Source of the DNA: Schmidtea polychroa
Taxonomy: Eukaryota
Reading direction: 5' to 3'
DNA: 64,000 nucleotides
Assembly: GCA_044892525.1 (NCBI GenBank)
Contig: CM097886.1
Location: 158,968,001 to 159,032,000 of the forward strand
Made by a program: the position numbers and the translations under genes. The notes under the pieces are model-generated. The model was not told the DNA's origin, ran no database searches, and saw nothing but the letters and a program-made list of their open reading frames with translations. This document shows positions 1 to 10,200 of this stretch, piece by piece. Each line of letters starts with the position of its first letter. Within the stretch, counting starts at the first letter, position 1.

Positions 1-477
1 AAGGTAGCAAATTTAGCATACCGACCAAGATATATCTTGATTGGATTCAAAGAAGTAGATTCATCTTTCCAAAAAAATAACAACTTGTTTATTCAAAAGA
101 TTGGAGTTGATAATTTAAAAACAATCCAAATTCAATTAAATAGTTCTTATTATCCAATAAATAGAATGGAATTTAATATTGAAAATAATGAAAACATATT
201 CCCATATCTAAACTATATTGAAACATGTTATGATTTCAAAGTTGAACCGCAATTAAGTTTAGAAGATTTCAAAAATTTATATTCTATATTTTGTATAAAT
301 GTTTCAGACCAAGATGATCGCCTAGCCATAAATAATGTTGATGTTACACTTCATGTAACAAAGGATTCTAATTTTAAAGCTAAAGTATATACATTAATAT
401 TAGAAGAAAAGAAAATAGAAATGAAATTATATGGTGGAAAGATTTCAATAATCGAAAATGTTAGGGAAGATTCTTGA
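1..477 (+). CDS. Major capsid protein (Polinton PY / hexon-like double jelly-roll), C-terminal part; frame is open from base 1
   Basis: Frame +1 reads KVANLAYRPRYILIGFKE...IQLNSSYYP...LSLEDFKNLYSIFCINVSDQD...KVYTLILEEK, matching the Polinton MCP C-terminal pattern (P.Y.I..F; LN...YP; LS..EF...Y.LF..DLS.Q; Y.LI..E). Confidence 0.8.
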   Translation, partial: KVANLAYRPRYILIGFKEVDSSFQKNNNLFIQKIGVDNLKTIQIQLNSSYYPINRMEFNIENNENIFPYLNYIETCYDFKVEPQLSLEDFKNLYSIFCINVSDQDDRLAINNVDVTLHVTKDSNFKAKVYTLILEEKKIEMKLYGGKISIIENVREDS

Positions 478-506
478 TATAATCCCTGATATTTTAACAT
501 TTTAAA

Positions 507-1916
507 ATGTCTCTAAATAAATATTGGAGATGTGAAAGTTGTAATTGTCAAGTTACAAGACATCATAAAGCAAGTCATTTAAAAACTAAAAAACATACAG
601 GAGGTGATCTAATTCCACGAGCTGGAGGCGATTTGCAATCTTCAAAAACAACATCTTCAATATTAAAACCTTTTACTACAGAAAAATATCCAGGTGAAAG
701 ACATTTATTTAAACACAACTATACTGGACCAGGAACACGTCTAGATATTAGATTAGATGAAAATAATAATCCCAAACAAGGAGAAGAACCAATAAATAGA
801 ATTGATCAAGCAGCTTTAAAACATGACATTGCATACAATTCAACAAATCTTAGAGATAGACATGTTGCAGATGTGAATTTAATACATGATTTAAATAGTA
901 TCCAAAATCCATCAACCCAAGAAAAGATTCAAAGAGCTCTAGTTAAATTAGCAATGAAAGGTAAGATTTTCATAGGCTTAGGACACAGTCCGATCACCAT
1001 GGGTGCAAGACTTCCTAGGAAAGCAAAAGATGTTGCTTATAAAAAGATTATCGAACAAGCAGAGATTGAAAGATCCCTCGAGAGTACAGCCAAGACTAGT
1101 TTACAAACCCCAACAGAATCAGAAATAAAATATGCAAAGGAATTACACCATGAATTTAGAAAAAATAAAAAATATTTAAAAGTTCAAGTACATGAAAAAG
1201 ATCAAACATGGTCTGCAGATTTAGTCTTTATGCCCAAATCATCAGACCCTGAAAAATATAAAATAATTTTAACTGTAATAGATTTATATACAAGATTTGC
1301 TTTTGCAAGATGTTTAGAAAATAAAACAGGATATTCTATTACAGAAGCAATTGAAAATATATTTGAAGAAAATCAAAGAATCCCAAAATATTTATGGTGT
1401 GATAAAGGAACAGAATTTTATAACAAAGTTTTTACAAAGTTTTTAAATGAAAATGATATTAAATTATATTCAACAGAAAACGAAGGAAAAGCAGTCGTAG
1501 TTGAAAGATTAAATAGAACATTAAAAAATAAAATGTGGAAATATTTTACTGCTTTTGGAAAACAAAAATGGAACAATGAATTGTTACAAAAGATTGTAAA
1601 TGAATATAATAATGATGTACATAGTTCTATAAAATTAACACCTTTAAATGCTTCCATGAAGCCTGAAACCATTAAAGTGGTAAATATTGAAAATGATGTT
1701 ATTGAAAAACCAAAGTTTAAAATTGGTGACCGAGTAAGAATATTTAAATATAAAAATAAATTTGAAAAAGGATTCACAGCAAAATGGACAAATGAAATTT
1801 TTATTATAAATAAAATACATTATACAACTCCAATAACATATAGCATCTTTGATTTAAATAATGAAAAAATATTAGGTAGATTTTATAATAATGAACTACA
1901 GAAAACAGATTTTTAA
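507..1916 (+). CDS. Zn-finger + parvovirus-type phospholipase A2 + retroviral-like (rve) integrase fusion
   Basis: N-terminal CxxC..H..H; PLA2 Ca-loop HNYTGPGT and catalytic KHDIAY; integrase DDE in WSADL (codon 1218), WCDKGTEF (1401) and VVERLNRT (1503); C-terminal KFKIGDRVRI...FY..ELQK SH3-like region; no chromodomain. Confidence 0.93.
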   Translation: MSLNKYWRCESCNCQVTRHHKASHLKTKKHTGGDLIPRAGGDLQSSKTTSSILKPFTTEKYPGERHLFKHNYTGPGTRLDIRLDENNNPKQGEEPINRIDQAALKHDIAYNSTNLRDRHVADVNLIHDLNSIQNPSTQEKIQRALVKLAMKGKIFIGLGHSPITMGARLPRKAKDVAYKKIIEQAEIERSLESTAKTSLQTPTESEIKYAKELHHEFRKNKKYLKVQVHEKDQTWSADLVFMPKSSDPEKYKIILTVIDLYTRFAFARCLENKTGYSITEAIENIFEENQRIPKYLWCDKGTEFYNKVFTKFLNENDIKLYSTENEGKAVVVERLNRTLKNKMWKYFTAFGKQKWNNELLQKIVNEYNNDVHSSIKLTPLNASMKPETIKVVNIENDVIEKPKFKIGDRVRIFKYKNKFEKGFTAKWTNEIFIINKIHYTTPITYSIFDLNNEKILGRFYNNELQKTDF

Positions 1917-1927
1917 GTCGACAAGCC

Positions 1928-2734
1928 CTAAAACAAACTTTTCCATATTTCAGCTTCTTCTCTATCCAAATAAATATAATTATATTTTTCTTTCCAATGA
2001 TTATCAACAAACATATCAAACATATTCATATCAGGTTCAACATTTGAAAATAAATCATTATAAATCATATTCTTATCACGGCGATCTAATTTAAAAAATA
2101 TAAAACAATTGGAATTATTTCTTATTGAATTTTTATCTAAAGCATAATATGTTTGAGATATATAAATAACATTACAATTATTATGTCGACCTCGTGTAAA
2201 GTAACTCTTTTGAATCTCTTGATTTTTCATATTAACAACATCATCAAATATAACTAGATTCTTTTTATCTTTAGGAAGTAAATCACAATGTAAAACATCT
2301 TCAGGTTTATTAGAGAATAAAACTTGAATTGACTCCTGCCCTTCTTCACAAATATAATCATTTTTATTACTAATATCTGATTCTAAAATCTTTTCCTTAT
2401 ACCAATCAACCATATCACAAGGTTGAAAAACTTCTTCAGGACACCTATGTTGATTTTTAAAAATATCAATTATTGCTTTTTTAGTTAATTTATTTTCAAA
2501 TCCACATTTCAAAAGTTGTAATTCTGGTTGATTTATGGTTGTAGAATAAAAGATTAAATTATTATAATCTAAAAAATCATCTTCAAGTAACATTCTCAAA
2601 ACAAGTACATTCTTTCCACATCCAGAAGAACCAACAATTAATAATCTAAAATTATCAGGAAATACTTTATTATTAAATTTACTCTTATGTCTATTTAAAA
2701 TTGGTTTCCAAATTATTGGACTTCGTACATCCAT
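1928..2734 (-). CDS. A32/FtsK-like DNA packaging ATPase (likely start at 2734; ORF is open to 2773)
   Basis: Walker A GSSGCGKN, Walker B VIFDD, and the A32-type FTRGRHNNCNVIYISQ motif. Confidence 0.92.
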   Translation of the reverse strand: MDVRSPIIWKPILNRHKSKFNNKVFPDNFRLLIVGSSGCGKNVLVLRMLLEDDFLDYNNLIFYSTTINQPELQLLKCGFENKLTKKAIIDIFKNQHRCPEEVFQPCDMVDWYKEKILESDISNKNDYICEEGQESIQVLFSNKPEDVLHCDLLPKDKKNLVIFDDVVNMKNQEIQKSYFTRGRHNNCNVIYISQTYYALDKNSIRNNSNCFIFFKLDRRDKNMIYNDLFSNVEPDMNMFDMFVDNHWKEKYNYIYLDREEAEIWKSLF

Positions 2735-2749
2735 TTTATTTATTATAAA

Positions 2750-3343
2750 ATGACAACTGAAGAATCTTTGCAAGAATTAATAAATTCAAATAAAAATAAA
2801 TCAGTAGTAATTGATGGTAAAAAATATTTTATTGGAAAACATGTAAAAGAACAAGTTAGAGCGAAGCTCCACGAAGCTAAAGAAGGTGGCATTCTTCCAT
2901 TAGCAGCTTTAATACCTGCAATCATTGCTGGTTTATCAGGTGCTGCTGGAATAGCTGGAGGAATTGCAACTACAGTTCAAAAAGCTAAAGAATCTCAAAA
3001 GACAGACCTAGAAAAAGAAAAACTACAAACTGAAATCGATTCAATGAAGAAGGTAGGGCAAGCTAAAGGGGGAGTGTCCGTTGGAAAGGGTCTCTATCTT
3101 AATCCATATGAGGCGAGTCGGCAAAAGTCTCAGGGGACTCTGTCCAAGGGAAAGGGTCTCTATCTTGATCCTTATAAAGGTAGAGGTTTAAATGATTTTT
3201 TAAAAAATCAAATTTCTACATCTGAATCTTTATCTTCAAAAGATAAAGAAGATTTAAAAAAAATATGTAAATCTTTAAAGAATGGATGCCTTTGTAAAAC
3301 TGAAAATGGTAAAGGATTAAACTTGAAGCCCTTCGAACTATGA
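2750..3343 (+). CDS. Putative virion core / membrane-active precursor protein
   Basis: Hydrophobic GGILPLAALIPAIIAGLSGAAGIAGGIA segment followed by repeated GKGLYLxPY / GxGL motifs, as seen in Polinton small structural proteins. The function is inferred. Confidence 0.6.
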   Translation: MTTEESLQELINSNKNKSVVIDGKKYFIGKHVKEQVRAKLHEAKEGGILPLAALIPAIIAGLSGAAGIAGGIATTVQKAKESQKTDLEKEKLQTEIDSMKKVGQAKGGVSVGKGLYLNPYEASRQKSQGTLSKGKGLYLDPYKGRGLNDFLKNQISTSESLSSKDKEDLKKICKSLKNGCLCKTENGKGLNLKPFEL

Positions 3344-3365
3344 TACCATTTTTGATACCATTAAA

Positions 3366-4247
3366 ATGGTATATGAAGAAAGATTAGCACTTTTAAAAAA
3401 ATTACAATCAGAACAAGATAAATATAATAAAAAAGATACAACTCAACATGCTGAATCTATAATATTAAATGAGGTAATAACACAACAACAGGGGCCAACA
3501 ATTAAAGCTATAAAAGAGTTGGAAGATTTCAATGAGCAAGCAAAATTTAAAGAGTTAGAAGATAAAAAACAAAAAATAAAAGAACTAGAGTGGCAGGATA
3601 AAGAAAAAGAATCCAGTGAAAACCATCCTGAAAGAAATCAAAGAAAACGCAGAAGAATTTCTAATGTGGAAGAAGAAGAAATGTTTTTAAAAACAAAAGC
3701 TCTTAAAGTTGATCCTAAAATTAGAGATGATTTACCTCCTTCAATTAGACCCACATTTAATACTAATACTGAAGGATATCAAATAATAACAATTAATAAA
3801 CAAAACTTTACTTTATATTCAAATTCAGAAAATAAATCACGTATTCATTCACAAAATGTTTATAATAATGAATATTTAGACTTTGAATTTACAGATGATT
3901 TTTATAGATTACTTTGTGGATATTCTTCAGATGATGTTGAAGAAATTAAAAAATATTTAAATTTAATAAAATTAATAAGAGCTAGTTCTAAAGCAAAATA
4001 TATTCAAGATTTAAAGAATTATTTAAATAAAAATGAAAAGGGTTATGTTGTTACAGAGGGAGAGGGATTAATTAGTGAAGGTGGTAAACCAAATCCCATC
4101 AATCTTTTTATTGAATTAAGAAAACTATTAGCTGTAAGGAAAGCAGGACATAATAATTTAGATTCTGATATTTTAAAGATATCTAAAGATTTGTTAAAAC
4201 AAGGAATAATTTCAAAAGATAAATTTAATAAGTATACGAAGTTATAA
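3366..4247 (+). CDS. Polinton uncharacterised protein (coiled-coil N-terminus, basic NLS-like stretch)
   Basis: Intact 293-aa ORF with repeated IKELE, RKRRR, and a C-terminal L..L.A.RKAGHNN...I.KDLLKQGIIS motif recognised from Polinton ORFs. Confidence 0.6.
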   Translation: MVYEERLALLKKLQSEQDKYNKKDTTQHAESIILNEVITQQQGPTIKAIKELEDFNEQAKFKELEDKKQKIKELEWQDKEKESSENHPERNQRKRRRISNVEEEEMFLKTKALKVDPKIRDDLPPSIRPTFNTNTEGYQIITINKQNFTLYSNSENKSRIHSQNVYNNEYLDFEFTDDFYRLLCGYSSDDVEEIKKYLNLIKLIRASSKAKYIQDLKNYLNKNEKGYVVTEGEGLISEGGKPNPINLFIELRKLLAVRKAGHNNLDSDILKISKDLLKQGIISKDKFNKYTKL

Positions 4248-4269
4248 ATACGAAGTTTTAAAATACAAA

Positions 4270-4734
4270 ATGACTCCTTCAATATTAGATTTTTTAAAAA
4301 CATTTGGAATAAATGCAAAATCAAATTTTGATTTAAAAGATTATGCAAATTATTTAAATTTAAAAATTAAAATATTAATGAATGATGAATTATCAAGTCT
4401 GGAGAGTCCCCTGAATATAATAATCAATTATCAAAATTCAAATGAAAAAGGATCTCATTGGGTTTGTATATATAAGAAATCTATCTACTTTGATTCTTTT
4501 GGGATTAAACCTACTAAAGAAGTTGAAGATTATCTCTTGAGGGGTTCTCCGATTGATTCCCCAAATGGTTATACTTTTAACTCTTTACAAGTTCAACCTT
4601 TGAATACTAAAATATGTGGTATTTTAAGTTTATATGTTTTGTATAGATTGAATAAGGGAGAGGGAAAGGGGCATACGCAGGATTTTGAATCCATAATTCA
4701 AGAAATTTATAATGATCTAGAATCTCTACTATAA
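4270..4734 (+). CDS. Adenain-like (C5) cysteine protease
   Basis: GSHWVC (His), YFDSFG (Asp), QVQP (oxyanion Gln) and ICG (Cys) in the adenain order. Confidence 0.92.
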   Translation: MTPSILDFLKTFGINAKSNFDLKDYANYLNLKIKILMNDELSSLESPLNIIINYQNSNEKGSHWVCIYKKSIYFDSFGIKPTKEVEDYLLRGSPIDSPNGYTFNSLQVQPLNTKICGILSLYVLYRLNKGEGKGHTQDFESIIQEIYNDLESLL

Positions 4735-4782
4735 GGATTTTTACTATAAGGATTTTTACTATATGAATTTACTACTAAAGAA

Positions 4783-5547
4783 ATGGAGCTTCACAACCCT
4801 CCGGAAGATAATTTAAAAAAAATGGTAAACATAATGTCAGATAAATATTCAAGAACTTTATCTATAAATTCAAAAGAATCAGAGTTTACTATAAACTTTC
4901 AAGATTCAATTAAATTAGATCAAAATTTAAATTATGAATTGGGGCTATTATGGTTTTGTGCTTATAATACTATTTTTAATATAACTAAAGATAATAATAA
5001 ATTTACTATTCAAACTCGTGATGGGCATAAACCAGAAATTATAACAATAGAACCTGGGGCATATGAGATAAAAGATTTAAATGATATACTTTCTAAAAAA
5101 ACAAATGAAGGTATTAAAATTAAAATGGATATACCAACTTCAAAATCTGTAATGACTTTGAAGAATATAAAAATTAGTTTTTTAGATAATTGTTTCTTTC
5201 ACACAGTTTTAGGATTTAAACCCATGGATATAACAATAAAAGAAGATAAAATAATAACATCAGAACATATTATAAAAATAATAAATACAAACACAATAAA
5301 TATTCATTGCGATTGTATAACAGGTTCTTATAATAATGGTAAACAAACAAATGTTTTATATTCCTTTCCCTCAAACACAGTTCCTATGGGATATAAAATA
5401 GTTGAAAGAATGAATCCTCCAAATTATTTACCTTTATGTAGAAAATATATAATGGATATTAATTTTAAAATTCTTAATCAAGAAGGAGAATTGATTGATT
5501 TTAATGGAGAAGAGATTTCAATGTATTTACATTTGAAACAGGTTTGA
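4783..5547 (+). CDS. Minor capsid protein (penton, single jelly-roll)
   Basis: NTIFNI..NNKF, I.IEPGAYEIKDLN, VLGF, INIHCDCITGSY.NG....VLYSFP, Y.PL, I.NQEG.LIDF.GE motifs typical of Polinton minor capsid proteins. Confidence 0.85.
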   Translation: MELHNPPEDNLKKMVNIMSDKYSRTLSINSKESEFTINFQDSIKLDQNLNYELGLLWFCAYNTIFNITKDNNKFTIQTRDGHKPEIITIEPGAYEIKDLNDILSKKTNEGIKIKMDIPTSKSVMTLKNIKISFLDNCFFHTVLGFKPMDITIKEDKIITSEHIIKIINTNTINIHCDCITGSYNNGKQTNVLYSFPSNTVPMGYKIVERMNPPNYLPLCRKYIMDINFKILNQEGELIDFNGEEISMYLHLKQV

Positions 5548-5571
5548 AGATTCATTTTAAATTATTAATAA

Positions 5572-6582
5572 ATGAGTTCTTATATTCCATGTAATAGAGG
5601 TGGTGGAACAATAAAAACAGGGTTTAATACAGAAGAAATATTAACTTTAACAGAAAATAAATATATTAATGAAAGAGGTGATTCAATGAAGGGAGATTTA
5701 AATTTAAATGGACACAAGATAAAAGAATTATCTTTTCCAACTGATGAAGCTGATGCAGTTAATAAGAAATATGTAGATGGTGTTAAAAAATATACTGATT
5801 TAACAACAACAAGAATTGAAAGTTCATTAACAACAAAAATTGATTCAATGGAATCAAAGCTTAATAATATCGAACAACGATTTAATGATAAATTTGACAA
5901 GTTACAAAGTCTGTTAACTGAACAAGTTGTAAAGTTAAATACTGCTATATTAAATTCTAAAGATAAACAAATTATGAATACTAAATTTAATACAATATAT
6001 AAAATAATAAATGAGATGATTACATCATTTAATAAAAGAATTTCAAATTTAGAGTCTCATGAAACACACATTAACACCACACATAGTATTAGAAAAAGAG
6101 CTGCTGAATTAGAACAGAATAAAACATTATTACCCCATACATATAAACATTTTATAGAACCAAGTTTAATAACAACAAACAGTAAAGAATGGGGTGTTTT
6201 TATGGTTGTAAAAATTATTGATCCTTATTTCTTTTTGTTTGATGATGATAATGAAAGAATGAAATGGTTTGTGAAATGTGATTATAATAGTAAGCTTGAA
6301 AAGGGTGATGTTATAATGACTAGTTATGATTTACCACACGGAGATTGGTATGTTAATACTCATTCACATGGACTACATAAAGTTAAAAGTAAGAATATTC
6401 ATTTTTCTAGTTCACTTGTACAATATATAGATTTAATATTTTATGAAAAAAAGGTTGATGTTGATGAAGTTCGTAAAGCATTGAGAGAATTGTATAAAGA
6501 TATCCTCTCAACAAGAGTTTCTTTTGATATCCGAGTATTGGTGCCAGATGGTGCTCAGAAGAATAAAGTCTTATTTTTTTAA
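5572..6582 (+). CDS. Putative fibre/spike-like structural protein
   Basis: MKGDLNLNGHKIKELSFPTDEADAVNKKYVD motif, of the kind seen in phage tail-fibre and Polinton proteins, then a heptad-like coiled-coil region and a globular C-terminus. Confidence 0.55.
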   Translation: MSSYIPCNRGGGTIKTGFNTEEILTLTENKYINERGDSMKGDLNLNGHKIKELSFPTDEADAVNKKYVDGVKKYTDLTTTRIESSLTTKIDSMESKLNNIEQRFNDKFDKLQSLLTEQVVKLNTAILNSKDKQIMNTKFNTIYKIINEMITSFNKRISNLESHETHINTTHSIRKRAAELEQNKTLLPHTYKHFIEPSLITTNSKEWGVFMVVKIIDPYFFLFDDDNERMKWFVKCDYNSKLEKGDVIMTSYDLPHGDWYVNTHSHGLHKVKSKNIHFSSSLVQYIDLIFYEKKVDVDEVRKALRELYKDILSTRVSFDIRVLVPDGAQKNKVLFF

Positions 6583-6590
6583 TTATTAAA

Positions 6591-7187
6591 ATGGAAGAAG
6601 TAAGAGAAGAAAAAATTTACCCAGAATTGAGATCATCAGGATATTATTCTTCCAAGGCCTCGGCTCCCACAGAACTTGAAATTATGAGAGTAAAAGAATT
6701 TAAATCAGAAACCTTACATTTACAAGATTTATTAAAGCATTATAAAAAAATTAAAAATAGATGGAATAAAGGGAATACAGTTTTAAAGGTTATAGGTTAT
6801 TCTTTAGGATTTGCATCTGCAATATTAACAGTTATTTTACCCATAACTTTACCAGTTGTTACTCTTGCACCTGTAATACTTGGAAGTATTTCTGTGGCTG
6901 ATGGTTTCTTAACTGAAATAGTTTCATTATCTTATACTTCTAAAAAGAAAAGTTTATATAGAGAAGTTTGTTTATCAATAGAATTAGGAATCTCTAAATT
7001 ATTTTTATTTCAATTAAAAGCTTTGGAAGATGGAATCCTGACAGACGAAGAAATAATGAAATCAAATCAAATAATACAAGATATAAAGAATGAGGTTATA
7101 AGATTAAAAAGGGAGGGCATGGTGGCTAATGTTATAAGTAATAAAAAAACATCTCGAGAAAAATGGTTAAAGAATTCTTACTTATAA
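6591..7187 (+). CDS. Polinton putative membrane protein with paired hydrophobic helices
   Basis: IYPEL...ASAP N-terminus, basic KHYKKIK stretch and a long hydrophobic segment VIGYSLGFASAILTVILPITLPVVTLAPVILGSISV. Confidence 0.6.
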   Translation: MEEVREEKIYPELRSSGYYSSKASAPTELEIMRVKEFKSETLHLQDLLKHYKKIKNRWNKGNTVLKVIGYSLGFASAILTVILPITLPVVTLAPVILGSISVADGFLTEIVSLSYTSKKKSLYREVCLSIELGISKLFLFQLKALEDGILTDEEIMKSNQIIQDIKNEVIRLKREGMVANVISNKKTSREKWLKNSYL

Positions 7188-7281
7188 AATGGGTGTATTT
7201 TTAAAAACGTAGATCAGGTTGCTATAGTTGCTTAAATTAATTGTCGACATTTTATTATTAAAAAATTAAATATCGTTGGTT

Positions 7282-10200
7282 TCAGTTATGGTTGAAAGCC
7301 AACCTATGAATCATTAATTTATGATCTTTAAATTCTTTATCACTTAGACCTTTTATATATTCAGGATCAGTATTAAAATATTTAAGTTCTAAACATATAG
7401 GATTAAAAACTTGAGAATATAAAGGTTTCTCGATTTCTCTCTCGGGATAAATGATTTCAACATTATAAATATCAAGATCAGTAATCTTTGTATCATATAA
7501 CTTATTCAACTTTTCTAGATTTTTTATTATAGGGATTAAATTATTTCCAATAGGTAGAGTTGTCTTTAAATCACTTAGTATGAATCTCTTATCATCATAA
7601 TTTGATAATGATACTTTTTGAGATTCTATCAAGTGAATATCATGGTTTTCACTTTTAAGTTGATGTATTTCATCAATTTTATCTTTATGATTTGGATTCA
7701 ATGTATCTATATAATCTTGATGAGAAAGATTCTTTGCCACCACTCTCTGTATTCCTTTACATCTGTTATCCTTTACAGGTTTTTCTTCTTTAGGAAATAT
7801 AGGATATCTATGTGTAATGGTTTCTTCTGTTTCTGGAGTTTTAAATATAAATGATCTAGTTATAAATTCAGGGTTTCTAAATGTTTCGTATGAATATTGT
7901 TTAGCACGAATAAATATTCCATTTTCTATAGGAGTAAAAGGTTTTTCATCTTTAAACGAAAATAGTTCTCCAGATGAATTTATTAAATTTGAAAGTATAG
8001 GATTTTCTTTCATATCTTTTTGTAAATCATGAGTTCTTATTGTTAAAAACATTGAATCTGTATCCATTGCATGCATTGATATATTTGCTCCGTATATAGG
8101 TTGTAAGATGTTATAATATGTTTCATACATTTGTAATTTTGAAAGTTCTAAAATTGTAAACCCTATAAATATTGGTTTGTTATATGTTTTCTCATAATTT
8201 TTTAATTCTACTGCAGTAAGATTTTCAGAAAATACTTGTGCGTTTTTAAATGTAGGCTTTCCTAGCATGCGATTATAACGCTTAATATCTTTGGTAGTAT
8301 TTGTTAGGAGTTCAATATGAGTATATTTATCAACATTCTCCATTGTTTTCCCAAAGACTGAATTGTTTAAAATTTTATAATTATTATCTTTAAAAAGATT
8401 ACCTTCTCTTTTTGCAATGTTTCGGCACCTAATGTTCTCCTCGATAAAAGCTTTCATGAATGGAGCTTGTTTAAATCTTATGACACTATGAACTTTTTTT
8501 AATATCATTCCTCGTGAGAGATAAAATTGGAGGAGTCTATAGTGACAAAGATAAAACCTTCGATCTGTTTGATCACAAAGAAGTTTCATTGTTGGAGGTT
8601 TATCTTGTGAGATTTGCCATTCAGAAAGTTCGTTGATATCAATCTTTCTTCTTATGGGAGCTAAAGGAAAATATCTTGTTCCTGATTTTATATCATCTGG
8701 ATAGTCGAGGTCGCATTCTATAAAGTAACCTATTGGAGAATCTTTCGATGTTGAAAGTATTTCTTTCATAAGGTCATCTGTTGGGTTCTCTATTTCAGTG
8801 AAATCACCCATTGGTAAAAATTGAGTCATAATTCCTGAATATAAAGCTGTTGCATCTATATAAAGTATAAATATAGGATTTTTCATTGTTTCTAATAATT
8901 CTTTTAATTCCTCATTGTTAATTTTCATATATGGATCATCAGGGTGTTTAGATAGTCTTCGGCTAGTAGTTATTGCATTTCTAGCTTTTATTTCTCTATT
9001 CCCCATTACTGAAGAGACTCCTCCTCTAATGTTTGTTTTAATTTGGTTAAACATATCGAGGTTAGTTAAATGATCTATAATTTTATCACCTTCTTCTATA
9101 TTTGAAGTCCAAATGGTATATAACATAGTATCCCAAGCTAAAGAGGGTGCAGTTATATAATTATAAGGTTTAAGAACAAAAGATTTTGTAAATTCTTCAA
9201 AGCAATCTGCTAGAATATAAACATCCAAGGATAAATACATACTTGTATATTCTCCTAAAGTTTTACACTTGAATAATTCCCACATTTTATTTGCTCGAGA
9301 ATATTCTTGATTTGTAATATGATTTTTTTGAAGTTGTGAATAGAAATCTTCTTGGCTAGGAAGACTTGTTTCATTATATCTTTCAAACGAGTCAACATAG
9401 TCATAAGGATATATTCCTTTTGCTAAACATGTAGGATATTCTTCTAGAGGAATATTATTTTTTTCCAAGAATTCTCGAGTGATTTTAAAATTTTCTGGTT
9501 TCATTGTTTTTGCTACTGCATCTAAAGACATTTGGAGAAAGTTTAACGAGTCTATAAATTTTAATTTTCCATATTCAATTGATTTATATTTTTCCTTTGT
9601 TAAGCCGATAACTTTGAAAGAGTTTTTAGCATTTGCTGCGAGGTGTTTAATAAATAGATGTATGTCATATCCAAAAAGATTATGAAATATAACAGGTATA
9701 AATTTAGGAGTATGGCAATTAAGATTGCAATTTTTATGAGCTGCTCCTCGATAATTATTTTCCTTTTTTAAATGATCATGATCTATAACTTTTTCATCAG
9801 GAAGAATATTCTGTTTACACATCCAACAGTTGGAAGTATTTTCATATTCTTGTTGTTGTTGATTAGAAATATTTTGAGGATACTTTGTTTTTAATATTTT
9901 AAATATTTCATGTTCTAGATCATTTATATTTTTAGTAAAATGATTCAAGACTTCTTCAGGGGTACCTCCTAGAATTGAATATTCTCTAGATTCTATGAGT
10001 TCAGGATAATTACTTTTAAATAATAATTTATAAGCAGATGGTAATTGTTTAGTTTTTTTAACACTATTAGGTTTATTTCTTTTTCTTAGAAAGGCTTTCA
10101 TCCTCTCTGGTTTCATCTTCTCTCCTGAGGAGTTCCAGGAATCCATGAGTTTATTTTTTTCTATTATTTTTAAATATTGATAAACCAAATCTTGTTTATG

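Noticed and set aside
500-6595. TAAAATG start contexts as poxvirus-like late promoters
   Set aside because: Equally explained by an A-rich invertebrate Kozak context in an AT-rich genome.
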